Part shown: piece after piece, positions 61,449 through 64,000 of the stretch
Layout: each line of letters begins with the position of its first letter
How positions within the stretch are numbered: the first letter of the stretch is position 1
Origin: Azolla caroliniana
Lineage: Eukaryota; Plantae; Polypodiophyta
Reading direction: 5' to 3'
Assembly: GCA_043228905.1 (NCBI GenBank)
Contig: JBHGNT010000015.1
Span: 4,092,001 to 4,156,000 of the forward strand
Length of the DNA stretch: 64,000 nt
Program-made: the position numbers and the translations under genes
Notes under the pieces: generated by a model
What the model was told of the DNA's origin: nothing
The model's database searches: none
The model's input: the letters and a program-made list of their open reading frames with translations, nothing else

Positions 61449-62563
61449 TACTTCAATGCTCATAACTGAGCTACTGACACTAACTCCTAGGAAGATAACT
61501 ACCTACTAGACTAGAATCGTAGGCCTCTAACGGTTTGCCAGCTCATGCGGATCTAGCTCTCCCATCCGGGTCACCGATCGGTCTTCATCCGATATGGCTC
61601 TTGGCTTGTTTAGCTGATCTGACCCATGTTGAACTTGCTTGTTAACACTCCCCCTCAAGCTCAACTCAGGGTTCCTCTTGCTCTACCGGTCCGTTGCCTC
61701 GGCTTCTCCTGCCAGCTTGTCTCCTGGCACACGCTCCTTGACCTATTCGGTCCCACACTCTTCGACCTCCTCGGTCATCTTGTGTGCTCGTCAAGCCCTT
61801 CTCAGCTCCCTTGCTGTCGAGGCATCGACAACCCTCGACCCGTCTACTCCTTCGTTTTGGTATCGGCTTTGGCTGCCTCCTTGTCCGCTTGGCCTTCATG
61901 AAATTCGGCTCATCCGAATCAACCAACTTGACCGAATTGGTTCTTGTTCGAGTTGGCTGTCTCCAATTTGTCATCCTTTTTCAGGCCCTTGACTACATCC
62001 AACCATGTCTTGGTCCTGGCCTTTTTCTTCTGGTAAGCTCTGTCCTTCTTGACTCTACCGCCTTTGCTGCTTGGTCCAGCTCCATCGGATGTTTCTACTT
62101 CCTCAATTGATTCGGCTCTCGTTTTGTCCTCCTCTTCGGTTGTCTCATCAGTTCTCCCCCTCAAGTGCAGCAGTCGAGATGCTGGATACCAAGCATCTCC
62201 GAGAAGTGCTGCAACTTGCCCAATCCGAGCTCCTTGGTGAAGGTCTCAACCATCTACTGATCGGTTTGAACATACCGGAGTTCGACTTCACCGCTCTGAA
62301 CCCACTCGTGCACAAACTGATCGGTTTGAACATACCGGAGTTCGACTTCACCGCTCTGAACCCACTCGTGCACAAAGTGAAAAAGCACTTCTATGTGCTT
62401 TGTACAAGCATGGGACATGGGGTTGTTGGCCAGTTGCATGCTACTGATGTTGTCATAGCAGATCAGAATCGGAGTGGTAACTTCGACCCGTAAGTCCTGC
62501 AACAGCCATTGGAGCCATATAGCCTCACAAGTTGCGATGATGGTGCCTCGTTACTCAGCTTCG
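61449..62563 (-). mobile_element. Copia element C (related to B): RNase H end, 3' region and partial 3' LTR (61449-61647)
   Basis: TKHIEVLFHFVHE motif, PPT ctccccctcaagctcaact next to ttgttaaca, and a 60-bp tandem duplication at 62257-62376. Confidence 0.8.
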
Positions 62564-64000
62564 TGTCAGGAACTGCACGCTCCCTATGCGCAACGCTCAG
62601 CCACAACCGAGCTTAGAATCATACAAAGAAAACGGGTAACGAAAGACACACGACACAAAGGAGAGAAGAGTACACAGGATGTTTAATGTGGAAAACCTTG
62701 AGAGGGAAAAACCATGGGAGTCCACAGACTCCAAACTATCACTATATCACAATGATTACAACAGTGAGCTCACAGAGGCAACGACCTCGCGCTCACGACC
62801 TTCGCCACAGGCGGCGGTTACAACAGAGGCAACGACCTCTTCCTCTCTCTCTCTCTGTACACTGTTACGAGCTCTCTCTTCTTGCACCAACAAGAATGAC
62901 AACAACAACATCAAAAGTTTGCCCTAAGTCATATTTATACTAATATGACTTTTCGGCTATTTACAAATATAGCCACGATGGACTCTCAGAAACATATTTA
63001 CGAATATGTCTCTTCATCCGGAGAGCGCTCCTCATCGGGCCTGCATCATCCGGATCTTGCCGGGCACTCATCATCCGGTTCTCATCGGGTCTGCACCATC
63101 CGGCTCTCCGTAGCCGGGTACTCCTCATCCGGTTCTCACCGAGTCTGCGCTTTCCGGCTCTCCGTAGCCGGGCACTCCTCATCCGGTTTCCTAACAAACT
63201 CCCCCTTCACTCCGGCATGGGATGTCTTACTAGTCCAACTCGCTTCCGGCATGCATCCAGCTTGTCGGGTATCAGTACTTTGGTCAACATATCTGACCCA
63301 TTCTTGGCCGTGTGGATCTTTGTCAGCGCGAACTCCTGGTCATCTACTCTTTCCCGGATCCAGTGATACCTTCGCTGAATATGCTTCATCCGGGAATGGT
63401 AGGCCACATTCTTAGCAAGGTGGATGGCACTTTGATTGTCGCAATAGAGTCAGTATTCATCTTGCCGGATACCGAGCTCTCCGATGAAGTCCTTCATCCA
63501 TAATATTTCCTTGCCGGCTTCCACAGCCGCCGTGTACTCCGCCTCCGTGGTTGACAACGCAACCGTCTTCTGCAGCCTTGACTGCCACGAAACAGCTCCC
63601 CCTGCATATGTCATTACATACCCGGATGTAGACCGGTTGGTATCCACATCAGCCGACATGTCCGAATCGGTAAAACCGTCAAGTTGAGGTTTTCCGGAGC
63701 CGAATCGGAGACACATATGCGAAGTGCCCTTCAAGTACCGGAGTATCCATTTGACCGCGTTCCAGTGCTCCTTGCCGGGATTGCTCATGAACCGGCTCAC
63801 CACTCCGACTGCGTATCCTATATCCGGTCGGGTACACACCATTTCGTACATCAAGCTCCCGACGGCAGAGGCATATGGAACCTTCATCATATCAGCCTTC
63901 TCTGCTTTCGTCTTCGGGCTTTGCTTACCGAATAATCTGCAGTTTGTTGGAAGTGTCGATCCGACAGGTTTCGCTTCTAACATGTTGAACCACTGAAGCA
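62564..64000 (-). mobile_element. Copia element D (family of A) inserted in the RNase H of copia C; runs off the window
   Basis: 3' LTR at 62564-63196, PPT aactccccct, and RT/RH motifs VPYASAVGSLMY..FTDSDM..ALSTTEAEY. Confidence 0.88.

Overview
Eukaryotic, repeat-dominated window, most likely from a non-seed land plant. This is inferred from the plant-type tRNA-Lys, Tcn1-like and tRNA-Trp-primed Ty3/gypsy elements, and a SAS-4/CENPJ-like centriole gene. (1) 1-21083 is a decaying tandem array of a ~720-750 bp unit. Each unit holds one tRNA-Lys(CUU) copy plus a second, older degenerate tRNA-like copy, both on the minus strand. About 21 A-type copies are visible, only the one at 431-503 looks perfect, and LTR elements interrupt the array. 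(2) 21084-28900 holds degraded gypsy and copia remnants and two hAT-type non-autonomous elements sharing one target site. (3) ~29740-34038 is an intron-containing gene resembling SAS-4/CENPJ, followed by MITE-like foldbacks, a minisatellite and a LINE remnant. (4) 36850-64000 is a nest of LTR retrotransposons at least four levels deep with resolvable LTRs and TSDs. The most notable signals are tRNA-type Pol III A/B-box cassettes placed antisense inside the LTRs of four different gypsy families, Gag-only elements encoding a long acidic/basic protein, shared cis-signals and ACG-N target sites in the TGTCG..CGACA element group, and an aberrant integration junction. All calls were made by eye and no database searches were run.
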